A model generated the notes under the pieces. The model saw only the letters and a program-made list of their open reading frames with translations. It was not told where the DNA came from and made no database searches. 64,000 nucleotides of DNA from Octopus bimaculoides (taxonomy: Eukaryota). Position 1 is the first letter of the stretch. Each line of letters begins with the position of its first letter. The stretch covers positions 87,691,416 through 87,755,415 of the forward strand of contig NC_068984.1 in NCBI RefSeq assembly GCF_001194135.2, in the 5' to 3' direction. The position numbers and the translations under genes are program-made. Below, piece by piece: positions 1-13,974 of the stretch.

Positions 1-228
1 AGATTTAAACCGAAAGTGCATAGGTGCATAAATAAACATTGCTTTAACATTTCTGCCGATCTACAAATCCTTTTAATTTTTTTTTTCCACCAGGGAACGT
101 TCAGACATACCACAGTGTGTTATGGAAGAGGTTAAAAAAACATGTTGGAATGTACCGGAAAGCAGGGACATTAAACAATATATTGGAACATTAAAAATAA
201 TTTTTTAAAAAACTAACTAAATGAATAT

Positions 229-525
229 AGGCGCAGGAGTGGCTGTATGGTAAGTAGCTTGCTTACCAACTACATGGTCTTGGGTTCAGTCTCACTGCGT
301 GGCACCTTGGGCAAGTGTCTTCTATTATAGCCTCGGGCCGACCAAAGCCTTGTGAGTGAATTTGGTAGACAGAAACTGGAAGAAGCCCGTCGTATATATA
401 TATATATATATAATGTATTTGTGTGTATATGTTTGTCCCCCCAACATCGCTTGACAACCGATGCTGGTGTGATTACGTCCCCGTAACTTAGCGGTTCGGC
501 AAAAAATGACCGATAGAATAAGTGC
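229..525 (+). mobile_element. tRNA-derived SINE family A (truncated)
   Basis: A box TGGCTGTATGG, B box GGTTCAGTCT, internal (TA)n; many copies in the window. Confidence 0.85.
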
Positions 526-924
526 TTTTATGTCGGGCAAATTTATGTTTCTTTATGTCACATTGTGACAGTATTTTTAAGTGCATCTGTTTGCTTTAAC
601 ATTTTTGTTCGTTTTTCTTTTTGTGTTATTAATTTTAGTGTATTTGAAAATTACTTCGCTGAGAGGCTTATTCAGCACTAATTTTCTTTTTGTTCTCATC
701 TCTTCTGGTAAAATGTAAATACAAGAAAATTTTCCAGGAATAATTAAATACTGTCAAAAAGACAGATTTTCATCTATCCCAAATATAGGGTCACATGTCC
801 CAAAGTACCCTATTTGTAAAATAGTTTTTAAAAAATTCATCCAATCACCCAGGGAAATTTGGTAATAATTTGATTTTCTCGGGGAGGTCTGAAAAACGCG
901 TCCATTCACACGAAAGCACATTTA

Positions 925-1125
925 CAATAACCCTTTCTACAATAGTCACAAGGCCTGAATTTTATGGGTAAGGGACAAGTTGATTACATCGATCTCAGTG
1001 CTTGTCTAGTACTTATTTCATCAACCCCGAAAGAACGAAAGACAAAGAATTTGAGCTCAGAAAGGTAATGACGGAAGGTAATGCTGCCAAGCTATTTGTC
1101 CGGCGTGCTAACGATTCTGCGAGGT
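925..1125 (-). mobile_element. SINE family D
   Basis: Head gcagaatcgttagcacgccgg, B box gag(c/t)tcaaattc; related copies at 18145-18343 and 36445-36632. Confidence 0.75.
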
Positions 1126-3611
1126 CAATAATCCGTTTATTTTATTTACCACTAGGGCCCAGTTATGTATACCAACATGTAAAACGAATTACATATAAGA
1201 TGTGTAGGAGTGTACAAATATATATTATATAAAAATCAGGGATGATGGATGTCATACAATATATATCTATAACATGTTTAAATTTAATATCAATACAGAG
1301 AGAGAGAGAAGTTATGTTGGTTATCATGAATGTAAGGAATAGGCGTAAGTGATAAAGGCACATAACAGACAGAACGAACGAAACAAAACCGAAAATTCAA
1401 CCGTCATCAGCTGTTGCAAGATCAGTTTCAACGCCTTATGATAGAAATGCTTTGTGGTGTCAACAAATGATGCAGTGGAGACAAGGCATAAAAACAGATA
1501 CAACTTAATGGGATTTTAATGACAGAGGCAGAGAAAAAAGAGAGGTATCATTCTGCTCTCCGTTATATGCTTAAGGACATCGTCGAAGCACTTACCCAGT
1601 TTGCGACGTATTTGTTGCACTTATTGTATTGTGTTATTTTGTCTAATTGACTAATGTTTTATTTCATCGAAAAATACTTGTTTTATTTAATTTCATGGCA
1701 GTAGGAGTATGTTTTATCTTTTTTTAATGTCTTTTTTTATCTTCCAAATAAAGGCTTTCTTCACACGGACGAGCGAGATGGGGCCACCCAGGTTGAGACT
1801 ACCCTTCCCTGTCCAAAAGTGTCCATGAGCACATTTTGAGTCAGTCGAACTGTGAAGTATCCTACATCTCGGGTAAAAAAATCCCTCATACGGTTATTTG
1901 CCGCCAGGACCCAGTCATGCTTACAAAACATGTTACACCCAGGATGTGAATAGATGTTCTAATACAACTCTTCACCAAAAGTCTTTTGTTTAGGTGAGTG
2001 TGGTATTGCTTTCCTATCTCACATTCAGTCAACTTGTTATTTGGTCGGTTATATATAGGCTATACATTAAATTGCATGGGCAATCATTTTTTCGGATCAA
2101 TATAACGTTGAGGGCCTCTGTGGAAGCAACCTTCTCTTGTGTCATGCACACTTGTTTGGAGATTTCATGGTGTGTTTATTAGTTTTTTTCCAGTTGCTTT
2201 GCTACCCTTCAGTGGACTCCATTTCCTCTCCAATATGGGGATGAAGCTCTTAGCTTCTTGGTCCTCTCTTCTCTGCTGGCTGCCTTGTCAGCTCTTGAGA
2301 TTGTACTTACCTCTTTGTTGTTGCATGAATCCTACAGACAAAGGAGCACTTTCTTTAGTGACAATCAACTGCTATACTGTTTTCTAGTTCAGTAACAGCC
2401 AGTTGTTTTCTTTGACTGCCAACACCAGTGAAAAAGTTGTTGTTGTTAATGTTATTGTTTGTTTCTGGTAAATGAATGTTTTTACTTGTTAAAATTGTGT
2501 TATTATTTTCCATTTGACAAATATATATACTTGCCTATTAAATTTATTTTCAGTTTTCTAAGTTTATACTGTGTTTTTGTAAAGTTACTTTTTTATTATT
2601 TTTTTGGTGATGGTAGTGGTGGTGAATTCCCTGCACATTAGCATGCGTAGCAAAAACAAAATTTCTATTTCTTTATTCCAGGAAGGGGTGAATATCCACA
2701 TAGTCATACAGTTTTCAACTTGAAAATAATCCAAAACATGAAAACTTTTCATTGAGTAAGCTTGCCAAGAATTCACATCAAATCCAGCTTGTCAGATTCC
2801 TACTGGAACTTCAAACAATTTATAGTATTCATTCTCAGTCTTCATCTATCATTTAGAATTTATATATAAGTGTATAAGAATGTTTTCTTACATTGGCAAA
2901 ATTCCACAAATTCTCAGAAGGATTAAGTTGATTGAATCACCTGAATGTGTGCCTAATATTTATTTCATTCATTAATTCAGAAAATGTATCCATTTTAACT
3001 CAGGCAAAATATGATCTTTGAATTCTGAGGGACAAAACTGTTCAATATTTAGTGTTGTAGCCTACTACATTATACAGTAATACTATACAAACATTATATC
3101 ATTGACAATCATAAATACCAGGAGAGTCTGTTAGATTAGGCATGAATTGAGACCCTGCCAAATGAACCTAATTGGAAGAATATGTGCACACACACACAAT
3201 TAGATTATTGTGACAGTGGTACTAAAATAGCAAGTATGCTAGTGCTTCATCAGACTAAATGCCATTACTATTTAGTTTCAGCCCTTTACATTCAGGCATA
3301 TAATTCTCCCAGAATTAATTTTGCTTTTCACACCTTCTACATCAATGGAAGAAGTAGCAGTTATGTACTAGAATTATTTCAATTGACTATTCCACTACAA
3401 ATTTCAGACCTTGAGCTAATGTATGAAGTCAATATATCTCGGAATATACTTGAGTGGGAAAACACACAAATTCTAAGACTGCTTTTACATGTCTGGATGT
3501 ATCTAAAAAGAAAGAAGAAAGACCAAATGTTTATGATTGAACATAATCAGTATTTCAGATATGACACTTGATAAACAATGGCTCTGATAGATTTCATTTG
3601 CAGGCTTGATG

Positions 3612-6230
3612 CTATATCATCATCATCATTATCATTGTCATCATTTAATGTCTGCTTTCCATACTCACATGGGCTGGATGGTTTGACTGAGAACTGGTAA
3701 ACTGGGAGGCTGCACCAGGCCCCAGTCTGATCTGGCAAGGTTCCTACAGCTGGATGCCCTTCCTAGCACTACTTTGGGAGTGTGGTGGGTGCGTTTTATG
3801 TGCCACTGGTATAGGTGCCAGTCAGACAGCACTGGCATCAGCCAAGCTTGAATGGTGCGTTTTACATGTTACCGGCATAGGTGCCACTGGTATTGGCATT
3901 GGCCATGCTCAAATGTTGCTTTTTACATGACACCAGCACTGACATCGATTTCACTCAGTTCAACAGATCTTCACAAGCATGGCGTATCACCTGATGATTG
4001 GAGGGTGCTTTTAAACAGGCCAGTTATGCAACACTGGCATCGGCCATGATTACAATCCCACTTGGCTTGCCAGGTCTTCTCAAGCACAGCATATCTCCAA
4101 AGGCCTTGGTTGCTTGTTATTGCCTCTGTGAGCCCCAATGTTCAAAGGTTGTGCTTCACCACCTCATCTCATGTCTTTCTGGATCTACCTCTTCCACAGG
4201 TTCTCTCCACTGTTAGGGTGTGACACTTCTTCACACAGCTGTCCTCATCCATATGCATCACATGATCATACCAGTGCAGTCATCTGTCTTACACACCACA
4301 TCTGATGCTTCTTATGTCCGACTTTTCTCTCAAAGCGCTTATACTCTGTTGTGCATGCACACTGACATTACACACCCAGCGGAGCATACTAGCTTCATTT
4401 CTTTCAAATCTACACATGTCTTCAGCAGTTATAGGCCATGTTTCACAGCCATGTAGCATGAATGTTCACACACAGGCATCATACTGTCTAGCTTTCACTT
4501 TCAGTGAGAGGCCCTTTGTTACCAGTAGAGGTAGGAGCTCTCTGAACTTTGCCCAGCCTGTTCTTATTCTAGCAGCTATGGTCCCAGAGTATCCACCCCA
4601 ACAACTGATTTGGTCACCTAGATAATGGAAGCTATCTACTACCTCAAGCTTGCCATGACATGTGATAGAATCTGTTTTCTGTAAATTTTTGGTGTTTATT
4701 GCACCTGTGCATCTTCTGCTCACAAAAACTATTTTCCCAGTTAGCCTTCCTTTGATATTACTGCACTTCTTATGTGTCCATAGCTTACACCAGGTATATC
4801 TTATGGAGTTTCTACCTATGCCTTTTCTGCAAGGTACTGTCAATTTGGATAGCTGGTCCCTCTGTTGGGTTGACATTTGGCAGACTCTCTTTCTCCCATT
4901 CATTCTCTTTCTTTAGCAACCTTTCATAGTGGCATCTCCAAGTCTCTCTCTTTGTAGCATCATTAAAGGCAAGTGAGCCATCATCTATGTGGACACATTT
5001 CTCTCCTATGACATCGTGATTTTCTCTCTCTCACAATCTTGCAATTCAAAACATAAGTCTCTGGTCCTCATGATGCAGAACATTGGCAAATTTTTTCTTA
5101 TCTATTTCTCTTCTGGCTAAGTAAACCTGTCTCTTAGCTTCCCTTTTGGCTATCTAATACCCTGCTACCACCACACTTCCAATCCTTCCATTCCTGTTGC
5201 TTTTCCTTAATGGCCTTGTCAACTACACTGTTCCACCACCATGTCACCTTAGGTCGAGAGGGGACTTTGCACCAGCTACAAATCTGGTCAGTAGCCCTCA
5301 ACAGGTTGTCCCACAGGAACCTCAAGTTGTCTTCCGCATTATGTGATGCTATATCCTCCTTGCTTTCGTCAAAAACTTCAAGTAATACATCTCTAAATCT
5401 TTGTTCATTCAGAGGATTCTTAAGTTGCCAGATCCTTCTTTTCCACACTGGTCGTCTTCTGGACAGCATTTAGCCCTGATCCTGAAGTCACTAACTACTA
5501 AACTATGTTGTGGGTGCATACTTCACCAGGGAAAGTTTTGGCATTTATAAGTAACCATCTTTCTCATTTCCCAGTGAAACTGTAGTCAATTTGACTGGTG
5601 TACCCACTAGACTGGTAGATGAACAGATGACTGGCAAGTTTCCTGAAGTTATTACAGATCATAAGATCATTTGCATCACAGAATTCCAGTAGCCTGGTTC
5701 CTTCATTATGGGAACCAAATCTGTGGCCACCATGCACACCATAGAAGCTCCCTGGATGTTGTCTAACATGCCTGCCACAAAGAAAAGGTCTCTGTCATTC
5801 GTTGATGAGGTAGTCTGCAACATTGTGTCATAAAATCAGTTTTTCTGTTCATCAGGTTGTCCTGGCTGAAGGGCATAGGCTGAGATAATGGTTGCTTGCA
5901 GCACTAGCCTAACCTTAAGTATTCTATCACAGACTCTGACTACCTCAATTACCTAATCAACCCATTTCTCAGCAAAGTGTATACTCCACCCCCACCCCAT
6001 CACTGTTCCTTACCCAGAAAATCTTATACCTATGTTCTTTGCCTGCAAGGAACCTAGCAGAACTTCCTTTCCACCTTACCTCCTGGATGCAACACAAATC
6101 TACACACTTCCATTCAAGCATCTCAACAATCTCACCAGACATACCTTTCAATGTGCCAACTCTGAGGGTGTGAAATGTGTGGGCTAGCAAGACCCTGGGA
6201 TGGGGGACAGCAGCATTGTGCATCTCAAAA
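3612..6230 (-). mobile_element. RTE-clade LINE, near full length, decayed, RT core deleted
   Basis: APE endonuclease start (LRVGTLKG..EIVEMLE..VDLCCIQEVRWKG), Cys/His-rich segment CKLWTHKKCS, C-terminal FHYLGD..RIRTGWAKFRELLPLL, 3' UTR ending in a (GAT)n tail. Confidence 0.9.
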
Positions 6231-6966
6231 GAAAGCTTGCATGTGCATTAAGCAGACATTGTAAACATACAAATAGGCTTCAACCTGCATACACTTCATC
6301 ATTATAATTGCTTTAACAGGAGATAGACACTAGACAGGGATGGAGGGGAAGGGAGGGGGGAAAGCGTTGCATATAGGTAACCATTAGATGTGCTCAGGAG
6401 AAGGACATCTCGTAGAGGTTACAGAAGAAAAACTTCCGGTATAGGTGGTGGGAGTGGGTTAGCAAGGTGCACCAAGAATGGCAAAACATTATGACTGCCC
6501 TATTCCCTAGCTGAAGCTGATGTGAGCCACTAATTAACAATCAACATAGGAAAGCAAGTGGGTAACAAAACTGAGAGAGAGAGAGAGAGAGAGCGGTGAC
6601 ATTTTTGAGAATTAGGGCTACAGTCAAGGAAAGAATGGAACATTTGGATAAGAGAGCGGGTAACAAAACAAAACAAATGAAGAGATGGAATTTTCGAGAT
6701 TTAGAGCAAGAGTAAACAGAATTGAACAATTGGATTTCTTAACTTTGCAATAACATACTGCTAAATAGATAGCTGAATGAATAACAATAATAATTATAAT
6801 GATATATATATATATAAATCATTATATATTGTAAATTATTATATATTTAATGTTTGTTTTCCATGTTGGCATGCATTGGACTGTAAATCTGAAATGCCAG
6901 CATTAGTTGTACTCCTATGAATCAGAAATGACCATAGTGTTCAAAGTCTCCATTTTTGTTTCCTCT

Positions 6967-7065
6967 TCATTCTCCTTCAAATGTTTCTAAACCAGTATTC
7001 AATGCTGGGTACCATGAGCTGTTGTCAGCTTTTACTAGTAATACTTGAATGCGATTTTCTTCTAC
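6967..7065 (-). CDS. Terminal coding exon VEENRIQVLLVKADNSSWYPALNTGLETFEGE*
   Basis: Acceptor aaattctatttttag, phase 0; completes the CS-domain end motif K-V-x3-I-x3-L-x-K...SW; TGA at 6967-6969. Confidence 0.8.
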   Translation of the reverse strand, partial: VEENRIQVLLVKADNSSWYPALNTGLETFEGE

Positions 7066-8120
7066 CTAAAAATAGAATTTTAAAACAAATGACATTAAAA
7101 AAAATATTGTGTATCAAAAATGATAAACAATATGGATTACTTATTTTCTTAGTTTTGATATAATGCCAACAATAGTGAACATATATTAAACTTCAACAAT
7201 AAGAAATAGAAGAAAATAATTTACTGTACAGGTTAGTAGCATACAAAGAAGCTATGTATAAGGAATTACATTGAAATATGTAGACTGTTGAAATGATAGG
7301 TAGTGAAAATATGTGGTAAGAGGTGGGAATCTTGGCTGTAGCAAGTAAATAAATACAAGCAGCAGAGCTAATTATAGTAAAATATATATCAAAAGTTAAA
7401 GTAAGAAATAGCAAAGAGAAAATGTCTTACTATATTATTAAGAGGGGAAAACGCCTGTAGATGTAGCCTGCTAAAGTCCAGTCATTGAGGTTAGTAGTCT
7501 CTAAATAATTGGTGCTTAATCTGCAAAAAGTAACAGTTAAATCTATCTCACATCATGCCCTACTCTCTTAAATAAATAAGGATACATTGGATAATGCAGG
7601 CCCTGATAGTATGGTCATGTCTGGAACATCCTTAATCATAGTCATGTATGACCAAGACTGACCTAAACATCAACAATAAATCATAGAAAATTATAGCTCT
7701 ATATGTTGTATACATAGAAAGTTTTATGGAAAGTTTAATTTATAGATATGCTAAAAGAGTAAATTTGTTGCATAACAAGTGGAATATTTCTATAAAAACA
7801 GTGTAGAAATGGTAATTATGATTGAGAATTAAAGATTAAATACCTTTCTATTTCTGATTTTCAATAGTTGTTCTACACAACTTTTATTATTATAGTAAAA
7901 AAATTTCACTGAGTTACTTAGACATCATCTTCATGAAAAACAATAATTAAGTTAGTGTTAGCCTATTTAACTCTCTAGCATTTAAACTGGTCATATCCAA
8001 CCCAAATATACCTGCTTTATGTACAGACTGACCATATTCAGCCTCTCACACATACCGTACACTGTAATTCTAAAAACAAACAAGCACGCCATTGAAACCT
8101 CAGCACAAAATGATACTCTC

Positions 8121-8480
8121 TTTTACTTGTTTCAGTCATTTGACTGCTGCCATGCTGGAGCACCACCTTTAGTCGAGCAAATCGACCCCAAGACTTATTC
8201 TTTGGAAGCCTAGTACTTATTCTATTGGTCTCTTTTTGCCGAACCGATAAGTTACGGGGACATAAACACACCAGCATCGGTTGTCAAGCGATGGTGGGGG
8301 GACAAACACACACACACATATATACGACGGGCTTCTTTCAGTTTCTATCTACCAAATCCACTCACAAGGCTTTGGTCGGCCCGAGGCTATAGTAGAAGAT
8401 ACTTGCCCAAAGTGCCACACAGAGGGACTGAACCCGGAACCATGTGGTTGGTAAGCAAGCTACTTACCACACAGCCACTC
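8121..8480 (-). mobile_element. SINE family A, full length
   Basis: Head, internal microsatellite and tail (..caaatgactgaaacaagtaaaa) all present. Confidence 0.9.
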
Positions 8481-9554
8481 AATGTGAATAAATTAGCATT
8501 GCATTTGACAGTTATTATCATAACTTTTATTATCACAAAGATCAGTAAAATTGACAGATAGTGATCAGGGGCACTTAAACCACTTCAACTTAGTTCAAAC
8601 CAACAAAGAGCCTCTTTATCATTCAGCCTATTGCAAACAGCCTTGCATTTCAAATAAGCAAAGACCACATTAGTCATGAGCCAGCTGAAAATAGCAGCCA
8701 AATATCTCTAAAATTACAACTTTGCATCTTAAATAAGGAAACAACATATTGGATAATGAAGTTCTATACATTCCAATAAAAAAGGCAGGATGATCATGAC
8801 TGGAATACCTTTGATAACAAGTTTGCTTGAGCAAAGACGACCTGGGGTTAAATAACAATGACTTAGTTTTTTTGTTTGTTTTCATGGATCAACGAAGAGA
8901 AAGAAGTGACATGCATAGCGTCCATGGCCCTCCTAGACCATCTCTGGGATTAGTGAGGTTATATTTAGTAGTATTTAGTACCAACATACAAATGCAGCAA
9001 AAAAAAAAAAAAAAGATGAGTGGAGTAAACTCCCGACTGTTGATGTTCTGCAAAAGGAGAGAGTAAGTATAATGGTTAATGAGGAGAGCCTAAGTGATAA
9101 AAAGAATAGAGATAACTGAAGTGGAAAGAAATGGGTGGAGGTGATATAGTGACATACAACATTCTAGCTCTAACAAACAGAGATTAGTGTACTATCTGTC
9201 ACAGTAAATTTAATTAAAGCCAAACTACAAAGTTTTTATTTTTATGTTAAGTTAGAATGATTTTTATTAATAGAACATTCATTAGTATTGTGAAGTTGCT
9301 GTTTTGTTATTCAATGTCAGGTCAACTCTGATCAAGTAGAAATATGATCAAATGCAGTCCAGTCATAAACATCCAGATNNNNNNNNNNNNNNNNNNNNNN
9401 NNNNNNNNNNNNNNNNNNNNNNNNNNNNNNNNNNNNNNNNNNNNNNNNNNNNNNNNNNNNNNNNNNNNNNNNNNNNNNNNNNNNNNNNNNNNNNNNNNNN
9501 NNNNNNNNNNNNNNNNNATTGAAATATAAATAAATAAGGTAAGACTTTGAAATA

Positions 9555-9599
<45 letters not shown>

Positions 9600-10401
9600 G
9601 GACACAGATACAGTTGTGTAATTTAGAAGTTTGCATTTATACATGGTGTCAAGTTCAACTTTACTGCGCAGCACCTTGGGTAGGTATTTTCTACTTTGGT
9701 CTTGTGTTAACCAATATTTTGTAAGTAGAATCAGGTAGATGGAAACTGTGAAGAAGCCTGATATGTGTGTGTGTGTTTTGTACACTCCTCTCCACCTCCA
9801 CCCCCAGCCTCCTTACTCAGATGGATAAATAGGTAGGTGGGTAGTTAGAGACATAGGTATGTGTTCGTATGTGTTTAGACAGTTTCAATGCCAGTGTCTC
9901 TTTTATGTTCTGTTCCTTTTAAGTCTCATAATATCTCTGTTCAATAAATACAGATCAACGCTATTATGTTAATCAGATTGAAATGGAAACAAGAGTGGGG
10001 TGGGGTTGTGTTGATATCATCAGCTAAAAGCCCTCGAAGAGGTGTCCCAGCATTGCTGCAGTTCAACAACTACAAGAATAATCTAATAGTATATTTTGAC
10101 AGACACATTTCTAAACAAGAAGAGATTGGCTCTTGGTTAAGTTATAACAGAATCATCATCATCATCATCATCATCATCGTTTAACGTCCACTTTCCATGC
10201 TAGCATGGGTTGGACAATAAAGTTCAGTATTGGAATAAGCGTGCAGGCATTGATCTGTGACTCAGTTCACTTTGCAGTCATTTGTAGTTCTAGGTTCAAT
10301 TTCATGGCATGCCATTTTGGCAAAATGCCTTATTCCATAGCCTCAGATTGACCAATTTTTGAGAGTGAAATGCAGTTGACAGTAATCAAGCAGATGTCTA
10401 T

Positions 10402-10443
<42 letters not shown>

Positions 10444-10858
10444 CTTGTATTTAAGTTCATAAAAACGAAGTAAATCTACAACGGGCTCTGAGGAAGCTAG
10501 AGGTAGATGAGTGGCTTGTGAAAGCCATGCAAGCCATGTCTCTGTAAAGAGATATGACTCTGGTAAACTTGGTGAATTGAAAATAAAATTTTATAAAATG
10601 AATGTAATAAAATGATATAATTAGCAGTGTGTTGATAAGCCACAGTCAACTGACTGCATTAAGAGAACAATAAAAGAATAAAACAGTATATTAAATGAAA
10701 ACCTGAATATACATAAAGGAAATTAAAAACAAAACAACCATCTCTCTGGATACATAATTGACATTTGTTTTATTTTGCTTTTCTGTTCTGTAATTCATAC
10801 ATCTCTATAGGTTTCAAACAAAAATACATATTCAGGCTGAAAACTTTTTCTTCTTCTT

Positions 10859-10889
<31 letters not shown>

Positions 10890-11171
10890 TATATTATCAT
10901 CACCACCGTCATCATTGTCGTTGTTGTCATCATTCATGTCTAATTTCTTTTCCATTCTAACTTGGTTAGACACATCATCAGTCCAAATCATTTTGAACAC
11001 ATACATAACAGAAAAAAATGGATAACTTTAGCGTTATGTATGTCTTAAAGGAAATTTTATCATGCCACTGACATTATAGAAGTTGTTTCATTGAGTGGGG
11101 TGGTAGAACTGAAAAGTTTTTATCTGCTGTGAATCAGATCTTATTCGGAGTTACTGCTCTTCTAGATGAGT

Positions 11172-11548
11172 TAGTTAGTTGGCACTCCGTCGCTTACGAC
11201 GTCGAGGGTTCCAGTTGTTCTGACCAACGGAACAGCCTGCTCGTGAAATTAACGTGCAAGTGGCTGAGCACTCCACAGACATGTGTACCCTTAACATAGT
11301 TCTCGGGGTTATTCAGCGTGACAAGGCTGGCCCTTTGAATTACAGGCACAACAGAAACAGGAAGTAAGAGTGAGAAAAAGTTGTGGTGAAAGAGTACAGC
11401 AGGGTTCGCCACCATCCCCTGCCAGAGCCTCGTGGATCTTTAGGTGTTTTCGCTCAATAAACACTCACAACGCCCGGTCTGGGAATCGAAACCATGATCC
11501 TATGACCGTGAGTCCGCTGCCCTAACCACTGGGCCATTGCGCCTCCAC
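11172..11548 (-). mobile_element. tRNA-derived SINE family B
   Basis: A box TGGCCCAGTGG, B box GGTTTCGATTCC; 11-bp TSD tctagatgagt. Confidence 0.92.
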
Positions 11549-11954
11549 TCTAGATGAGTAACATATGCAATATGTTTCCCTCAATTATTCCAGTTTTGGC
11601 ATTGTTTTATACAGGTGAATTCCCTTTGTATTACTTATCACTTTACAGAATTCACTCAGGGCATTTTATCATATTAGAAACAGTAGAAAAATTATCCCAT
11701 GTTAGAACTAAGGTGTTTCCTTTACTCTGTATCAACTGTTTATTACTACTGCTCTTGTAGACAGGTAGCATGTGAAGCGTCTTGCAGAACTTATGTCTCA
11801 TTCATAGATTCCATTTTTGGTATGGTTTCTATGAACGAGTACACTTTCAAGTACTACTTCACAACATGATGGCATGACTATTAATAAAACTGAAAGAAAA
11901 GAATAAAGTAGACTTTTAGATGATAGCCAAATCTTTTGGGATTAGCCTGAAAGT

Positions 11955-12309
11955 TGGCACTCCGTCTGTTATGATGTCGAGGGTTCCAGCTGATCCGATC
12001 AACGGAACAGGCTGCTTGTGAAATTAATGTGCAAATGGCTGAGCACTCCACTTCTCGGGAATATTCAGCGTGACACAGTGTGACAAGGCTGGCCCTTTGA
12101 AATACAGGTACAACAGAAACAGGAAGAAAGAGTGAGAGAAAGTTGTGGTGAAAGAGTACAGCAGTGTTCACCACCATCCCTGCCGGAGTCTCGTGGAGCT
12201 TTAGGTGTTTTCGCTCAATAAACACTCACAACGCCCGGCCTGGGAATCGAAACCACGATCTTATGACTGCGAGTCCACTGCCCTAACCACTGGGCCACTG
12301 TGCCTCCAC
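11955..12309 (-). mobile_element. SINE family B
   Basis: 11-bp TSD agcctgaaagt. Confidence 0.92.
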
Positions 12310-13054
12310 AGCCTGAAAGTAAGGAATTAATTTAAAAAAAAAAATTCTAATAAAAAGAACATGCCCAAAGACCATACACAGGACAAAACGTTCTTTAGTA
12401 ATGATTGCTTTCTTGGTTTCTTCCCAACAAGTTATCTGCCAGGTTAGTCAAACTTTTGCATCATGTAAGCAGTTAGCTACGTTAGACAATACACAAAACG
12501 TGTTAAAGAATATATACAGTGTGCTAAAGAAAATACACAATGTGTTATAGAATATATACACTGTGTTGGAGTATATGTATATTGTGTTGGAGAGTGCAAA
12601 ATGTTTCTCGAAGACAGTGATGGAACTGGGTCTTAGGAATTAAGGGTAAGATCTGTGAAGCTTGGTTTAGAAGGGAAGGTTAAATACTATAAGCTCTTCA
12701 CCCAAGCTGAAAAGCAGGTGAATACTGTACCACTGCATATCCTACTTCATTTCTGTCCTTGATTAGAGTGTATAGTTACTGTGTTGGAGAATGAACATTA
12801 TATGCTGAAGATTATATATCTAAACTCTGTTGGTAAAGGTGCAATATTCATTCCAATTGAAAAATTCCTGAATCTATGTTACGGCCCACTGCTTTGGAAT
12901 TTTTCCATGCCTAGTCTCCTTCACAAAATTATATCATTCAAAAAACATTTTCCTCCATAAATAAACCTCGTAGGTTGTTAATGTTGCGCTAGATTTTAAC
13001 TTTGTCCACAGCTTTTTTTAGTGAATAAACCAGCCGTTATAAACATGGGAGAGA

Positions 13055-13974
13055 TAGTTGGTTCCGTAGAATTATACATTGATAAAAAATGTACGTATGA
13101 TTATGTGCAGCTTCTTGCATGTACAGATTGTTGATGCACAAATCATATCAGTGTTAGTATGTACCTAATATGCAAACATACTCACAGAAAAAATAACTAT
13201 ATCAATATATTAATGGCACAGCTGAAATCTATAAATGAGATGCTAGATTTCAGCTGCTAAAGCACAGCTGAAATCTATAAATGAGATGCTAGTCAGTGTT
13301 TTCTGGTACAAACATTTATTAATCTCTTAAACTTTGAATTATTGACATCTAGACACCTTCAGAATTACCCTACATCTTTTTAAGAGAAATAGTTTGCTAC
13401 ACAGCAATTCTCGTTAGGAATGCTATATCAAATAGTTTCAAAATAACAGTACAAATGATGCTCATGGAGCTTGGACAACAAAACAGCCATTTATTCAAAC
13501 ATTGTAAGGAAGAATTTTTTAATATCTTGAAAGGTAATGTTGTTTCTATTATAGAAGGTACTGAAGCTATCAAACAGTGCAAACATTTCTTTTGTGTTGT
13601 GATGTAGGTGCATTACTAGAAGCTAAGACACACACCATTGTGGCATAGAAAAACAGGATCAAATTTGTAAGGAAACTAAAGTGAAGTAACGTACACAGGT
13701 TTTAAGTCCCTAGTATTTCAGGGAGACGAGAGGATAGAAGGATTATAGCAAAATGCAAAACTGCTGCTATGAATATTGCAAATCCTAAATATTGTAAATG
13801 TAGTGTATAGTGCCATTAGTATATTGATATAGTTATTTTTACTGTGAGTATGTTTGCATATTAGGTACATACTAACACTGATATGATTTGTGCATCAACA
13901 ATCTGTACATGCAAGAAGCTGCACATAATCATATGGACATTTTTTATCAATGTATAATTCTACGGAACGAACTA
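13055..13974. mobile_element. Non-autonomous DNA transposon with 165-bp TIRs
   Basis: 13055-13219 and 13810-13974 are inverted with 5 mismatches; TAG..CTA ends; flanks gaga/gaca. Confidence 0.8.

Noticed and set aside
7431-7520. 90-nt minus-strand exon candidate
   Set aside because: The acceptor is part of a dispersed repeat (also at about 8655-8860), and it is not needed for the gene model.
13405-13533. 129-nt plus-strand symmetric exon candidate
   Set aside because: It lies inside the TIR element, antisense to the host gene; the frame runs through both putative splice sites.
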